Source of the DNA: Eledone cirrhosa
Lineage: Eukaryota
Reading direction: 5' to 3'
DNA: 64,000 nucleotides
Assembly: GCA_964016885.1 (NCBI GenBank)
Contig: OZ024741.1
Span: 206,522,001-206,586,000, forward strand
Shown here: positions 1-14,521 of the stretch, piece by piece
Position numbering within the stretch: the stretch's first letter is position 1
Layout of the letters: every line of letters begins with the position of its first letter
The notes under the pieces: model-generated
What the model was told of the DNA's origin: nothing
Seen by the model: only the letters and a program-made list of their open reading frames with translations
Databases searched by the model: none
Program-made: the position numbers and the translations under genes

Positions 1-155
1 CCTAAACATCGGGTGCTCACCTGGGTGAACCTACATTAACTTCGCGTTACACTCCCTAGATATATATATATATATATAACAAAGGAAGTGTGGTAAAGAA
101 CCAGGTGGACCATAATGCACCAGAGTACTCGATACTTAGGGTAGTAGAGTGGGTA

Positions 156-281
156 ATAGGAAAAGAGTCAGGATCCTGACGGTTGAGCTCCGGCCGTTTC
201 GACAGCTAGATCCGAACTCGGAGTTCGGATCTAGCCTACGAAACGACCGGAGCTCAGCCGTCGGGGTCCTGACTCCTCTCC

Positions 282-284
<3 letters not shown>
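156..284. repeat. GC-rich near-perfect palindrome (about 64-bp arms, 1-nt loop at 220)
   Basis: gagtcaggatcctgacggttgagctccggccgtttcg...gatccgaactc-g-gagttcggatc...cgaaacgaccggagctcagccgtcggggtcctgactc; few mismatches, several G-U compatible. Confidence 0.9.
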
Positions 285-375
<91 letters not shown>

Positions 376-410
376 CGCGCGTGTCTGTGTATGCTTGTGT
401 GTGCGTGTAT
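282..410. repeat. Compound (TA)n/(TG)n microsatellite
   Basis: Direct reading. Confidence 0.95.
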
Positions 411-1296
411 TTTATAGAATTTATATCTGTATTAATATAGAGTGTGTAACCGAGACTGCACGAACGCGTTTAAATATATACATATATCTAATTTTGAGGA
501 ATGTAAACATGCTTTATGGTACGAATTTCCTCGTAAAACGAGAAAATGTTAAACATCTTTAATCGATTTTCGGATTTTATTGTGCACTTATTAGAAGGCG
601 TGTTCATCATCCAATCAACCACAAAGAAACATGTATTTGATGGTTATATATACCCAGTCACTCCCAGTATTATTCTGAAATGGATATGTGTGTGTTTGTG
701 CGCGGTACATGTAAAACTGTCTCAGTACTCTAAACTTCTCAATATGTATATCTATCTGTGGAAATGGAACATGTATATATATCCTGTTTTATGGGGTTTT
801 TTAAACATTAGAATTTTGATATATTCCAATATATTGATAATTTCACAATGGTTATGCCGCGTTGTTGTATCATTGATATTTAACACATTTGAAAGGATGA
901 AATTGTGCTTTTTGCCAACTCGGTAACTGTATGTCGTAATTAGTTGACGGCCTCAGGTTGAACATATTTTGAAAATCTATTCACGAAAATGTCAGATCAT
1001 TAAGATCCTATGCTGGATATTCTTATGCAACTTCGAGTTAGGAAATATAAATTAGATATAGTTGGAAATCAAGAAATAAATTAGATATATTTCGATAACA
1101 AGAGGAGAAAAACCCGTAGGTTAACAAAAGTCGTGACTACATGACCGCAAAAAGGCCAGAGCAAATTTGTATTAATACAAATGCTGTTGAAGTATTCGAG
1201 ACAAGATTATTACGGAATCATGCACGCATACACACACATACATATATACAATACATACATGTCTATGTATGTGTATATATACATATACATGTATTT

Positions 1297-1419
<123 letters not shown>

Positions 1420-1599
1420 AAAGTTTGTTAAATGTAAATATAGGTCTACATCAAAGTCTGTTTACCGGAAAAATAATCACACAATTTGCGCCCCTTCTAT
1501 GGCGATGCCATGTTTTGTTTTTCAGCCATCAGTTCTGTTAGTAATTCATTCATCACTGCAAAATTATATATTATTATGTGATACTGTAGTATAATTTAA

Positions 1600-2765
1600 G
1601 AGAAACATGCATGTTATTTCTATCAGATTGAGCGACCTCGTACGACCCCATACAGGCTCGATTGTTAGATTATGATCTTTGATATTGTAATTCTTTCCTC
1701 AATGAGTACTACTATGATCAAAGCACATTGACGACACATTGTATCTACATCTATAAAAGCCAGTTGTCTGTTGAATGTGTTTCTTATATGAGAGGGTGGA
1801 GGGAGATTCGGGTGTTATTTCTAATAAGTCAAGTATCCAAGTAGATCTGTTCTCGTTGATGATGATGTTGTGACATGAAGATGTGGTAACCATTAAGTCA
1901 ATATTGGAATTTTGGTGACGATGATACTAAGTATTTTATTCTTGCTCTCTAAGGATATTTTGAAATCCCTAAAGCCATCACTTAATGGTACGTTAAGTAC
2001 ATTAATCCTTGTACATTGACATTAACTACCGGTTCATTATGACCATTAATGTGCTGATTCATTTATATCCATCATAGCTTCTGGACGAAGAATCATTAAA
2101 GTCCAGAATACAATTACAGATGTCATTTAACTAATGTGAAAGGAAATGTTTCTACAAGTATATCTCACGCTCAGAATTCCTCCAAACACCATAAAACAGA
2201 CATAGAAGGACATATTATAAACAATGAACCACCAATTAGCGAATTTAGGGATAACATTGAATGTAGAGTTTATAGTTGCAACAACCAACGCATTAAAATA
2301 CCATTCCTGAGAAGAACCATTCGCGTATTACAGGATAAACGTTGGCACAAAACTTATGTGCATTCAAATACCTTTTAAGTAGTGTTGACAGTAATGGCCG
2401 TTCGGAACACAATTGTTTAAAAATATTTAACCAAGATATAGTACATAAAAAATTTCGCTACATCACTGCTAAACATTCATAATTAGGAATGCAAGGTCTC
2501 AGCTTTCAGTAATTACTCGTACCATATTCAACTGCTTAAATGTTGACATATTATGCTGAAACAAGTATTGTCTGTGAACAGACAGGCCTCCAACGACTGC
2601 AACATCTTAATTACCAACATCCTTCAACGACAGATTGAATGTACATTTACAAAGTTGGCTTCACTTCGCTTCACCACGCTGTTACTAAGTTGATAATGTC
2701 TTTGAACGACAAAGATATGATTATAAAAGCAAAGAAAGAGCTTATGCTCTATTATCAGTTGACAA
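1600..2765. pseudogene. Highly decayed Penelope-like RT / GIY-YIG remnants (possibly two orientations)
   Basis: Minus strand QLAFIDVD near 1745-1770 resembles the PLE RT xLPFLDV motif; plus strand FNCLN segment near 2520-2560 loosely resembles a GIY-YIG start; no intact frame. Confidence 0.25.
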
Positions 2766-2952
2766 CAATTTTAAAGTATGGCTGTAACATAGTGACTGTC
2801 TATTAAAGGGATTTTATTTAATAGCCTAGTGTGTGCGTATATGTGTACGTGTACACGAGTTTACACATTACGAATATACATATATATATATTTGTGTATA
2901 TATATGCCATATATATACACATACAAACATATATCCATATATTCACACAAAA

Positions 2953-3061
<109 letters not shown>

Positions 3062-3142
3062 CAAGTAAATATAAATTAATATATATGAATAAACACAAAT
3101 ACCAACATATCTGTGTTTATATTGTAAAAGAAATTAAGTTAG

Positions 3143-3891
<749 letters not shown>

Positions 3892-3984
3892 GTGTGTGTG
3901 AATAAAGTATTTCCGTCAGAAAGGTACAGGAGAAAAGAGTGCTCTATGTAGGTTACAACATAATAAACAACATAAGATAATTAT

Positions 3985-4045
3985 TTCATTTACTAGTGGT
4001 TTCTTGAAAACAGATGTAGTATCTGTCTTCAGTCGTCAGAATGAA
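3985..4045 (-). ncRNA. Type I hammerhead ribozyme (PLE type)
   Basis: Minus strand: ttcatt-CTGACGA-ctgaagacagat-actac-atctgttttcaa-GAAA-c-cacta-GTA^aatgaa; stems I and II pair, first stem II pair is a C-A mismatch. Confidence 0.75.
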
Positions 4046-5059
4046 TAAAAAACATGGTGTATTTAGTAAATATGGATTTGAAATAAAAATTCAGGAAATA
4101 TGAAAGTGAGGCTGAAAAAAACGGGCGAAAAGGAAAAAGGGGAATAATATAAAATATATATATATAAAAATATAAATATCTAGAGTGTAAACATACACAC
4201 ACTCAACTACGTGCATATACTAAAAAGTACGTAGACGGATATTTTCTCACATAAGCGTACTGGTCTACATAGGAAAAGGGACAGGAACATAAATATATAC
4301 ACATACATATACACAGATATATATGCACTCAAAAATGTACACACAAATATGGATAGTAGTTAGGAAACAGAAATAACTAAATAAATAAATAAGAACAAAA
4401 AATAAAGGACTACTTTATTCATATGTAACCCATTTGCAACTTCGCAGCACGTTTATTCTCATATTTACACATATTTTTTTCTCCCGCTGTGACCCGTCTA
4501 TTTCGTTCTTACTGCTTCCTCTTTCTCTGTATCTTTACCCTATCTAACAGTCACTCTCTCTGTTAGCCTCTTCCTCACCCTTCACTCACCCACTCTCTGT
4601 TACTACCTCTCCTGCTCCTCCTTCTTCCCGTTTGACCTGTGCGTAATTCTTTTCTTTCGCACGCTTGGCCAGGCCGGTCGGAATTTTTTTTCTCTCTCTC
4701 TTCTACGATTTCACAGAACTTATGTTTACCGAATTCAACAGACTAGACCCCTTCTTCCTCCCGTTAGACCTGTGCAAAATTCCTTCCTTGCTCACATTTC
4801 AACCAGGTTTGATGGTCTTTATTCTCTCTCGTTCACGATTTCACCGAACTTATATTCATGGAAATTTTTGGACTTGACTCGCTCTTCCTCACTTTTCGTT
4901 GCTTCACCATCTTTGTTTGTTTACACTCTCGCTGTTCCCTTTACTTACATGTCCCAACAACTTTCTTTAGCCGTTGCTCGCACCAACCGGAGGTATATGG
5001 TCTTTAAAGCGAAGAAATACCGATGATGGTTGGAAGATCACTGATGAAGGACCACTTTA

Positions 5060-5103
<44 letters not shown>

Positions 5104-5110
<7 letters not shown>

Positions 5111-5394
5111 CAAAATATTAATAAATGAAGAACTTTCACATAATCAAAATATATATTTTATTATATATGTTTCGAAGGTACTGTGCTGTTTTTTCGGTAC
5201 GTCCTCGTCAGATAAAATACATGAATTGATGGTTCAATTTCAGTATTTTATCTGACGAGGACGATGGTTCAATTCATGTATTTTATCTGACAAGGACGTA
5301 CAGAAAAAAACAGCACAGTACCTTCGAACATATATAATAAAACATACATTTTGATTATGTGAAAGTTCTTAATTTATTAATATTTTGAATAATA
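5104..5394. repeat. Inverted repeat (about 125-bp arms), PLE pLTR-type, one HHR per arm
   Basis: 5104-5229 is the reverse complement of 5269-5394; a partial third core copy lies at 5244-5263. Confidence 0.85.
5154..5219 (-). ncRNA. Minimal type I hammerhead ribozyme
   Basis: tattttat-CTGACGA-ggacgtac...gtaccttc-GAAA-catat-ATA^ataaaata; 8-bp stem I. The plus-strand copy at 5279-5344 has core mutations (CTGACAA, GAAC). Confidence 0.7.
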
Positions 5395-5519
5395 TTAATA
5401 ACTCCAGAAAACCCCACTGTAGAGTAGTTTTAATCTATTGTAAAACTATATTCATTTAGTAATCAATGAACCATATTAATCAATGAACCATATTAATCTT
5501 TGGTCATATTAATCTTTGG

Positions 5520-5618
<99 letters not shown>

Positions 5619-5619
5619 C

Positions 5620-6771
5620 CTTGCATATAATATATCACTTAGAATTTCTAACCTTTCTTCTAACCAAGATGTATTTGATAAAAATGCGACCTTCTATAAC
5701 GAAGCTCTAGATAGAAGTGGCCACAAAAATAGATTAGAATATATACCTTCTACTAAAAATACTAAAAACATACAACCTAATATTACCAACAAACACCAAA
5801 TGAAAAGTACACACCTAAATGCCACCCACACTATACCCCAAAATACCAAATCTTCTAATATAAAATATAGTAACTCTCAAAAAACTACTCATCATACAAC
5901 TCGAATAAATATTAATAATAAAACTCCTAATAAAAAAGATAAAACACCTAAATCTACAAATATAACTAAAAATGGTTGTGGTGAGATCATTAACATTAAT
6001 CCTCCTAGTAAACATCACGATACAACCTATAAAAATAATAAAAATAGTAAACAACATAGAAACCGTAATAGACGGGTTACTTGGTATAATGCTCCATTTA
6101 ATTTACAAATTAAGGATAATATTGCTAAAAAAATTTTTTATATCCTAGAGAAAAACTTCCCGCCAAACCACAAATACCATCAAATCTTAAATAGGTCTAC
6201 AGTTAAATTCTCATACTCAACAACAAATAACATAAAACAAAATATAAGTGCCTATAATGCATATAAATGTAAGAAAACCATAAGTATACCACCAATACAT
6301 CAAACTAACCATAATATCTCCTCAAATACAGAATTAACGAAAGGTTGTAACTGTAGAAACAAAGCAAACTGCCCATTAAAAGGGAATTGTCTGGTTAACA
6401 ACATAGTCTATAAATGTAATGTTAAAACTAAAGATTCTATTTGCTCATATATAGGAGCTACTTCTAACAATTTTAAGACAAGGTTTAATACCCACAAGCA
6501 TAGTTTTAAAAATGCCGCACTGGCTAATACAACATCTCTAGCAGAAAAAATCAATAGTTATAAAAATAAGAATATAGAATATGATTTGACCTGGAGTGTG
6601 CTCAAAAGAGCCACCCCTTATCAAAATAATAGAAATGAATGTAGATTATGTTCCCAAGAACTATTTGAAATAATGAAATCTAAGGATATCCTATTAAATA
6701 AACGACAGGAATTAATTATATCGTGTAATCATAAACTAAAAAAAACATTTAAATATTATAAACCTAATTAA
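5620..6771 (+). CDS. 5'-truncated Penelope-like element ORF: end of RT, Cys-rich linker and GIY-YIG endonuclease
   Basis: LRISNLSS...YNEAL..SG; RNRRVTWYNAPF; CNCRNKANCPLKGNC; IVYKC...SYIGAT.NNFKTRFNTH; CRLC..E; LLNKRQE..SCNH. The ORF-track N-terminus is a (TA)n artefact. Confidence 0.9.
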   Translation, partial: LAYNISLRISNLSSNQDVFDKNATFYNEALDRSGHKNRLEYIPSTKNTKNIQPNITNKHQMKSTHLNATHTIPQNTKSSNIKYSNSQKTTHHTTRININNKTPNKKDKTPKSTNITKNGCGEIININPPSKHHDTTYKNNKNSKQHRNRNRRVTWYNAPFNLQIKDNIAKKIFYILEKNFPPNHKYHQILNRSTVKFSYSTTNNIKQNISAYNAYKCKKTISIPPIHQTNHNISSNTELTKGCNCRNKANCPLKGNCLVNNIVYKCNVKTKDSICSYIGATSNNFKTRFNTHKHSFKNAALANTTSLAEKINSYKNKNIEYDLTWSVLKRATPYQNNRNECRLCSQELFEIMKSKDILLNKRQELIISCNHKLKKTFKYYKPN

Positions 6772-7974
6772 TAACATTATTTTAGAAATTAATATATAAT
6801 TTAATTTAAATGTTAGTTAACCTATAAATTTAATTTAATTAAAATTCTACTACAGATGAGAATATAAAATATTGTGTAATCATAAATTGTGAAAAACCTT
6901 TAAATATTACTAATATATACTTAGTAATTTAATTTATAGATTAATTTTAATTTATTTAACCCTTTATTAAAATTCCTTTACAGATAAAATATAACAAAAT
7001 ATCGTGTATTCAATGACAGAGAAATAATTTTTAGTATTATAGACCTAATTAATATACATTTTAGAAATATATTTATAATTTGGTTTTAAATTTAGTCAAC
7101 CTAAAAATTTAATTTAATTGGCTTAAAATTAGTATCCTAATACAGACGGATTGCAGAGTGTCATGTAATCATAGAATGGGATGTGTTTTGGATGTATACC
7201 TAGTTAATATATTCTTTGCAATTTTTGAAAAAATATGTATATGTATGTATGTATATGTATGTGTATGTATGTATATATATGTGTATATATATATATGTGT
7301 ATGTATATGTATATGTATATGTATTAATTTTGATTTCTATTTGCATATAATTATATTCTGCTATTGATAAAATACAATATCTGTTTTATTTATTATATAC
7401 CTAATTAACATATACTATAGAAATTAATATATAATTTTTAATAATAGTTAACCTATAATTTATATTCTACTACCGATGTAATACTTTATTTGTTTTTTCC
7501 CTATTACTAAATTCATTTCCTAATATTGATACCATAACGTTAATAATTTTAATTTAGTTATACTATAATTAATACTCTACTACTATTTAACTTCAAAATT
7601 CTGCTTCAAATATCATAAACCTAACTAATTTACACCTTAGAAATCAATATGTTAACTATCTTTAGTTTAGTTAACCTATAATTAATGGTATACTTATTTT
7701 GAAATGCATAATTTTGCCTTATTTCTTGCATTTCCTAACACTGAAACTATGTAAAAACATATATTGGGATCCAAATACAGATTAATATTCTATGTTTCTT
7801 GAAACATATATTTACTATAATCCCCTTCTCCACCCCCCTTTCCCCCATACTATTATCATCTGTATTTGTAAGCGTGTATGTATGAATATAGATGTAGGTA
7901 GGTGTATATATGTTTGGGTGTTTATATCTGAGTATAAAAATACATATATGCGCATGCAAATAAAAATGTATGAT

Positions 7975-8030
<56 letters not shown>

Positions 8031-8299
8031 TGTGTATATATATATGTGTGTATATATATGTGTATATATATATATATATGTATATGTGTATGTGTGTGTG
8101 GGCGTGTATGTGTGTGTATATATATGTGTGTATGTATGTGTGTGTATATATGTGTATGTATATGTATGTCTCTCTATATATATGTGTATCTTCGTATCTA
8201 TGTGGGTATATGTGTGTATGTACATGTATGCATATGTATATGTTTATGTGTATATGTATGTATGTGTATATATGTACGTGTGCGCACATATATATGTGA

Positions 8300-8331
<32 letters not shown>

Positions 8332-9114
8332 GTATGTCTATGTATATATATATTTGTACGTGTATATATATATATTATTTATTATTATAATATAACTTAT
8401 GTGTATATATATATATATGTGAGTGTGTGTATATGTATATGCATATATATATATGTAGATATATATGTGTATGTGTGTTTTTGTGTGTGTGTATATATAT
8501 GTATATATGTGTGTATGTATGTGTTTGTATGTGTGTTTATGGTTGTATGTGTGTATGGGTATATATATATATATGTATGTATATATATATATATGTGTAT
8601 ATGTATCTCTATTTATGTGTGTATATATGTATATGTATATACCTTTTTCTTTGTATGTCTGAGTTGTGTGAGAGTGTAGTGGTGTTTGTATGTATATACG
8701 CATATATGGATGCGTATGTATTTGTATATATGCGTATATGTAAGTGCGTATGTGTGTGTGAATATATATCTATGTCTATGTATGAGTATGTATGTGTGTG
8801 TATGTATGTGTGTATGTGTGTATATATATATGTGTGTATATGTATGTATATATGTGTATGTATGTATGTATATGTGTATGTATATCTGTATATATATATA
8901 TATATATGTGTATATATATATATATGTTTATTATATATGTGTGTGTGTGTATGTGTGTGTATATATATCTTTATATATGTGTATGTGTATGTATGTGTAG
9001 GTGTGTGTGTGTGTGTGACTATATATGTATGTGTGTATGTGTGTATGTATGTTTGTGTATATGTGTGTGTACATGTATGTATATGTATATATATGTATAT
9101 GTATATATATGTGT

Positions 9115-9145
<31 letters not shown>

Positions 9146-9623
9146 CGTGTATATGTATCTCTATTTGTATGTGTATATGTGTATATGTATATACCTTTTT
9201 CTTTGTATGTCTGAGTTGTGTGAGAGTGTAGTGGTGTTTGTATGTATATACGGATATATGGATGCGTAAGTATTTGTATATATGCGTATATATAAGTGCG
9301 TATGTATGTGTGAATATATATCTATGTCTATGTATGAGTATGTATGTGTGTGTATGTATGTGTGTATGTGTGTATGTATGTATGTATGTCTGTATGTATA
9401 TGTGTGTATATATATGTATGTATGAGTATGTCTATATGTATATAAGTATGTATGTGTATGTATATGTGCGTGTATGTGTATATATGTGTGTGTATATATG
9501 TGTGTGTGTATATATGTGTATATATGTGTGTATATATATATATATATGTATGTGTGTATATGTGTGTATGTATATATGTATATGTTTATATATGTGTGTG
9601 TGTGTGTGTTGTTTGTATGTGTA

Positions 9624-9660
<37 letters not shown>
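7975..9660. repeat. Degenerate (TA)/(TG)/(TATG) tract with internal direct duplication
   Basis: ccttttt ctttgtatgtctgagttgtgtgagagtgtagtgg block at about 8640 and 9192 (552 bp apart). Confidence 0.9.
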
Positions 9661-9661
<1 letters not shown>

Positions 9662-10264
9662 CTTGATATATTTCTTTTTTCTTTTTCTTTTCTTTTCTTT
9701 TTATTTCTAAATTTATAGATACATCTATAAATAAGCAGTCTGCCGAAACCGTTGAATACTGACCTCTCCCCCCCTCCCACCTAATTTCTGTATCTTGATC
9801 TAAATGTGTGTGGCAGTGGTTATGTGCGTGCATTGATATCCATGTGCTTATGATAATATTATATCCACATATATATGTGTGTGGGGGTGGTTGTGTGTAT
9901 GTATGTTCGTAATTATGTGTATGTTTATGCATATACGCGCGTGTGTGTGTGAGTGTACGGATATGTGTGAGTATGTGAATATGTGTATACACTTATTTCA
10001 TATTTATGTGTCTATACGCATTTTATCTGTGGATTATAAACTTACAGAGACATTAGCCTTGAATTTTTGTATTTGCATACATCTTTTTGGCATGCGTATG
10101 CATGTTGAGCATATATCTTTGTATAAATACGTGTACGAAGTTAATTACATGTATATACACACACCAAACTGCATAAACATTTTTTGTATTTTCATTGGTC
10201 AATTTGAACTCCGTTCCCAAACGGACCTGAAATTTTGAATTGTTGTTATTATCAATAAATATAT

Positions 10265-10419
10265 TTCATTATTTCTGAAGACGGCATATATGTGTGTTTG
10301 GTATGTATATTTAATCTTGATAGTTTGTATAATTTTGTATAATTTTGTACATAGATCTGTTGAATATGCATGCCAATTCTAACACATATATATCCTAGAA
10401 ACGATCGTTAAATAATGAA
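10265..10419 (+). ncRNA. Type I hammerhead ribozyme with very long stem II
   Basis: ttcattattt-CTGAAGA-(about 116 nt partly paired)-GAAA-cgatc-GTT^aaataatgaa; perfect 10-bp stem I and palindromic CGATCG in stem III. Confidence 0.8.
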
Positions 10420-10473
10420 CTTTTTTTGTTTAATATAAGGAACTGTTTCATTGTTTTATTCATTATTTGTTTA

Positions 10474-10505
<32 letters not shown>

Positions 10506-10805
10506 AGAAAGTAAATATCAAAATCAAAAACAACATAAAGTAAAAAAAGGGGCAGGGGGTTGTTGTTGACAAGGATAGGTGTGGGTGTGCGGGTGGGTAA
10601 ATAAATAAAAACAACTTAAATATAAACAAATACACAAAATATGCATATACATACATATATATATATATATACACACATAGATACACATATGCACATATAC
10701 ACATATACATGCATATATACCTATACACACATGCAAACACACACTCATATATGTGTATATATATATAAAATAAATATACGTACACATACACATACATGTG
10801 CATAC

Positions 10806-10882
<77 letters not shown>

Positions 10883-11188
10883 CATATACACACACATACA
10901 CACACACATATATATATATATATATACGCACATACATATACAAAAAATTACATGCATCCACATGCATACACATACAAAAAATACAATAAATTAGAAAAAT
11001 GAATCTCAAAGGTACATAACCCACGTACAGACGTACACATACGCGTGCGCACACGCACGCAATAAGAAATCAACACACGCATACAAATAAACATATACGT
11101 AAATCTATGCACACATATAAACACATATATACTCATATACATAAAAACATATATACAAGCAAAGGCATACATATAAACAAATACATAC

Positions 11189-11223
<35 letters not shown>

Positions 11224-11817
11224 AACACATATATATATATTGTCCAGTTAATTTTCTTCATTTTTTTAGTTAATTCTATTGACTGATGAATAGCTTTTGT
11301 TAATTTTAAAACCATTCTTTGAGAACTCAATTCATTTTGTGATATTTTGCAATTTTGCAATAATAACACACATACTGAATTCATCCGTCAAAACTAAGGG
11401 GTGCTCCCCTTGTCGTGCCCCACGTGGGTTTTGATAACGGTCTGTCCTTCACTTGGCACTTGAACTAAAAGCTTGTTGAGAAAGTGACTTCCTTGTTCAA
11501 TCATCTTACCAAAATCTTAACATCATTTGTCTAAGCGGACAGTACTTGATTTAGGAGTTGCAGTAACCCAAATGCTGAATATTTTACCAACCTTCCAGGG
11601 GTCCGGGTATAATTTTTCAATCATATTTTATTTGTTTGACCCGAATTACTTGGTCGTTTCATGGCTGTGCTGAATAATGGTTTAACCATCGTCTCAGTGT
11701 GTTTGGCCTTTTAACTTATGTTGTAGCTGTAGTTCATTAGCTTCTATGGAGCGCTTGTCACAGATCTCGGAAGTTGTTTTTCGCAAATTTCCAATAGCCG
11801 AAATACAATTCTCGCTA

Positions 11818-11890
<73 letters not shown>

Positions 11891-12338
11891 CACACACACA
11901 CATACATATAAATAAAAATGTATATATGTAAGTACACATAAGCCTGTATGCGTATGTACCCACATATAACATTATGTGAGTACGCTTAAAAACCTAGTGG
12001 GTAACTAAGGACAAAGGGGAGTGAAACTGAAATAACATAATAAAAATAATTATTAAGAACAGGTAAGGGGGAAAGGGGTGTAAAGGTTTTAGTAGACAGT
12101 AAGTGTTTGTGATGAGATCTGGTTAAGGGTATATAGTTAAAAAGTGATCTGGGTAAAGGATAAAGGTGGTGGGCGTATATGTATTAAGGTATGGTAGATA
12201 GTAGGGGAGGTAAAAAATATGAGGCAAATGATATATAGAAAGAGATGAGGGAGAAAAAGTATATATTGGTAGAAAGTATGTGTTCATAAGGTAATGAAAT
12301 TGGTAGTGAGTGGAAGGCGTGATAAGTAAAGAAGAAGC

Positions 12339-12570
12339 TCAAGGTTGTTGAGTAATCGTTGGTATGTTAATCAAGTTAAAAAGTAGATGCGATTTCATCA
12401 CGGTCATAGTGTTGAGACAAGTGGTAGGAGTTTTCAAGATTTGGAGAATTCTAAATTTTTCCGTGGTGCACAAAGAACATTTCTTTGTGCCCCTTTGGTA
12501 TTCTCTTGAATGGTCTAAAATACACCAATCAATAGTGTACGGAATGTTTTTGTCTTTAAACTCCCACATA
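12339..12570 (-). pseudogene. PLE GIY-YIG C-terminal fragment
   Basis: [41 protein letters not shown]...CLN, homologous to the end of the 5620-6771 ORF. Confidence 0.8.
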
Positions 12571-12579
12571 AATATACAA

Positions 12580-12639
12580 ATATATATAGATATATACACA
12601 TATACATATATATATATATATATATACATATAGATATAT

Positions 12640-12674
<35 letters not shown>

Positions 12675-12826
12675 TATATACATATACATATACATATATA
12701 TACATATACATATATATATATATACATATATATATACATATACATATACATATACATATATATATACATATACATATACATATATAATATATATACATAT
12801 AAATATATATATACATATACATATAC

Positions 12827-12858
<32 letters not shown>

Positions 12859-12914
12859 ATATACATATACATATATATATATAAACATATACATATATAT
12901 ATACATATATATGC

Positions 12915-12991
<77 letters not shown>

Positions 12992-12998
12992 TATATAC

Positions 12999-13043
<45 letters not shown>

Positions 13044-13258
13044 TAAATATACTTATATATATATACATATATATACATATATATATATACATATAGATAT
13101 ATATATACATATACATATATATATACATATACATATACATATACATATATATATGTATATATATATACCTATACATATATATATATATACATATACATAT
13201 ATATATACATATACATATATATATACATATACATATACATATATATATACATATACAT

Positions 13259-13289
<31 letters not shown>

Positions 13290-13605
13290 CATATATATAT
13301 ATATATATATATACATATATATATACATATACATATACATATATATATACATATACATATATATATATACATATACATATACATATATATATATATACAT
13401 AATCTTGCAATACTTCTTGTTGTTTTAATTGCACTGATGAGTCCTTAATAGGACGAAACATTGTCGGCTAATAAAGACTTTTGATGTATTGAAGACTTCT
13501 TTGTTTTATTTTCTTAAATATATATACATATACATTTATATATACATATACATATACATATATATATATATACATATACATATACATATATATATACATA
13601 TACAT

Positions 13606-13639
<34 letters not shown>

Positions 13640-13655
13640 ATGCATATACATATAC

Positions 13656-13727
<72 letters not shown>

Positions 13728-13750
13728 ATATACATATACATATACATATT

Positions 13751-13783
<33 letters not shown>

Positions 13784-14153
13784 ATACATATACATATACA
13801 TATATATATATAAATATACATATATATATGTACATATACACTTACATATATATATATATACATATACATATATATACATATGCATATACATATACATATA
13901 CATATACATATATATATATACATATACATATATATATATACATATACATATACATATATATATTTATATGTATATACATATACATATATATATATACATA
14001 TACATTTACATATATATATACATATATATATATACATATACATATATATATACATATACATATACATATATATATTTATATGTATATACATATACATATA
14101 TATATATACATATACATTTACATATATATATACATATATATATATACATATAC

Positions 14154-14228
<75 letters not shown>

Positions 14229-14243
14229 CATATACATATACAT

Positions 14244-14276
<33 letters not shown>

Positions 14277-14310
14277 CATGTACATATACATATATATATA
14301 CATATACAAT
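12580..14310. repeat. Long (TA)n/(TACATA)n tract interrupted by a 110-bp HHR-bearing island
   Basis: Direct reading; non-repetitive island at 13400-13518. Confidence 0.95.
13423..13475 (+). ncRNA. Minimal type I hammerhead ribozyme overlapping AATAAA
   Basis: CTGATGA-gtcc-ttaata-ggac-GAAA-catt-GTC^ggctaataaa; canonical core and stem II, stem I partly mismatched. Confidence 0.8.
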
Positions 14311-14439
14311 ATGTGGAAAAGGTAATACACCAGAATCGTGACGTGGCAGCGGTCAAGTTAGGAAGGATGTGATTCTTAGCCATTTTCGAATGTATTCTTG
14401 GCGCGATCACTTTGGAAAATTAATTGTCTAAATTTGAGC

Positions 14440-14521
14440 TAACGTCCTGAAGAATCCGAAGCTCTAGATATCCAATGTTATTGGTTGTCTTAAAATGCGG
14501 ATGAAACCATGGTAGAGGTTA
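14440..14521 (+). ncRNA. Minimal type I hammerhead ribozyme
   Basis: taacgtc-CTGAAGA-atccg...cggat-GAAA-ccatg-GTA^gaggtta; palindromic CCATGG in stem III, 6 of 7 pairs in stem I. Confidence 0.82.

Larger units (their letters stand above)
5620..10470 (+). mobile_element. Penelope-like element with microsatellite-expanded 3' region ending in an HHR
   Basis: GIY-YIG ORF, AT-rich repeats, (TA/TG) tract and same-strand HHR at 10265-10419; bounded by (TA)n. Continuity as a single element is inferred. Confidence 0.55.

Noticed and set aside
480-1150. Possible decayed PLE on the minus strand
   Set aside because: Motif traces too weak to support by eye
4975-5055. ccgatga and ctgatga motifs inside paired segments
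   Set aside because: No correctly placed GAAA or stem III, so a hammerhead cannot be folded
7747-14410. Many long ORFs on both strands (YI/CV/HT-rich)
   Set aside because: Translations of stop-free microsatellites; the same applies to similar ORFs throughout the window
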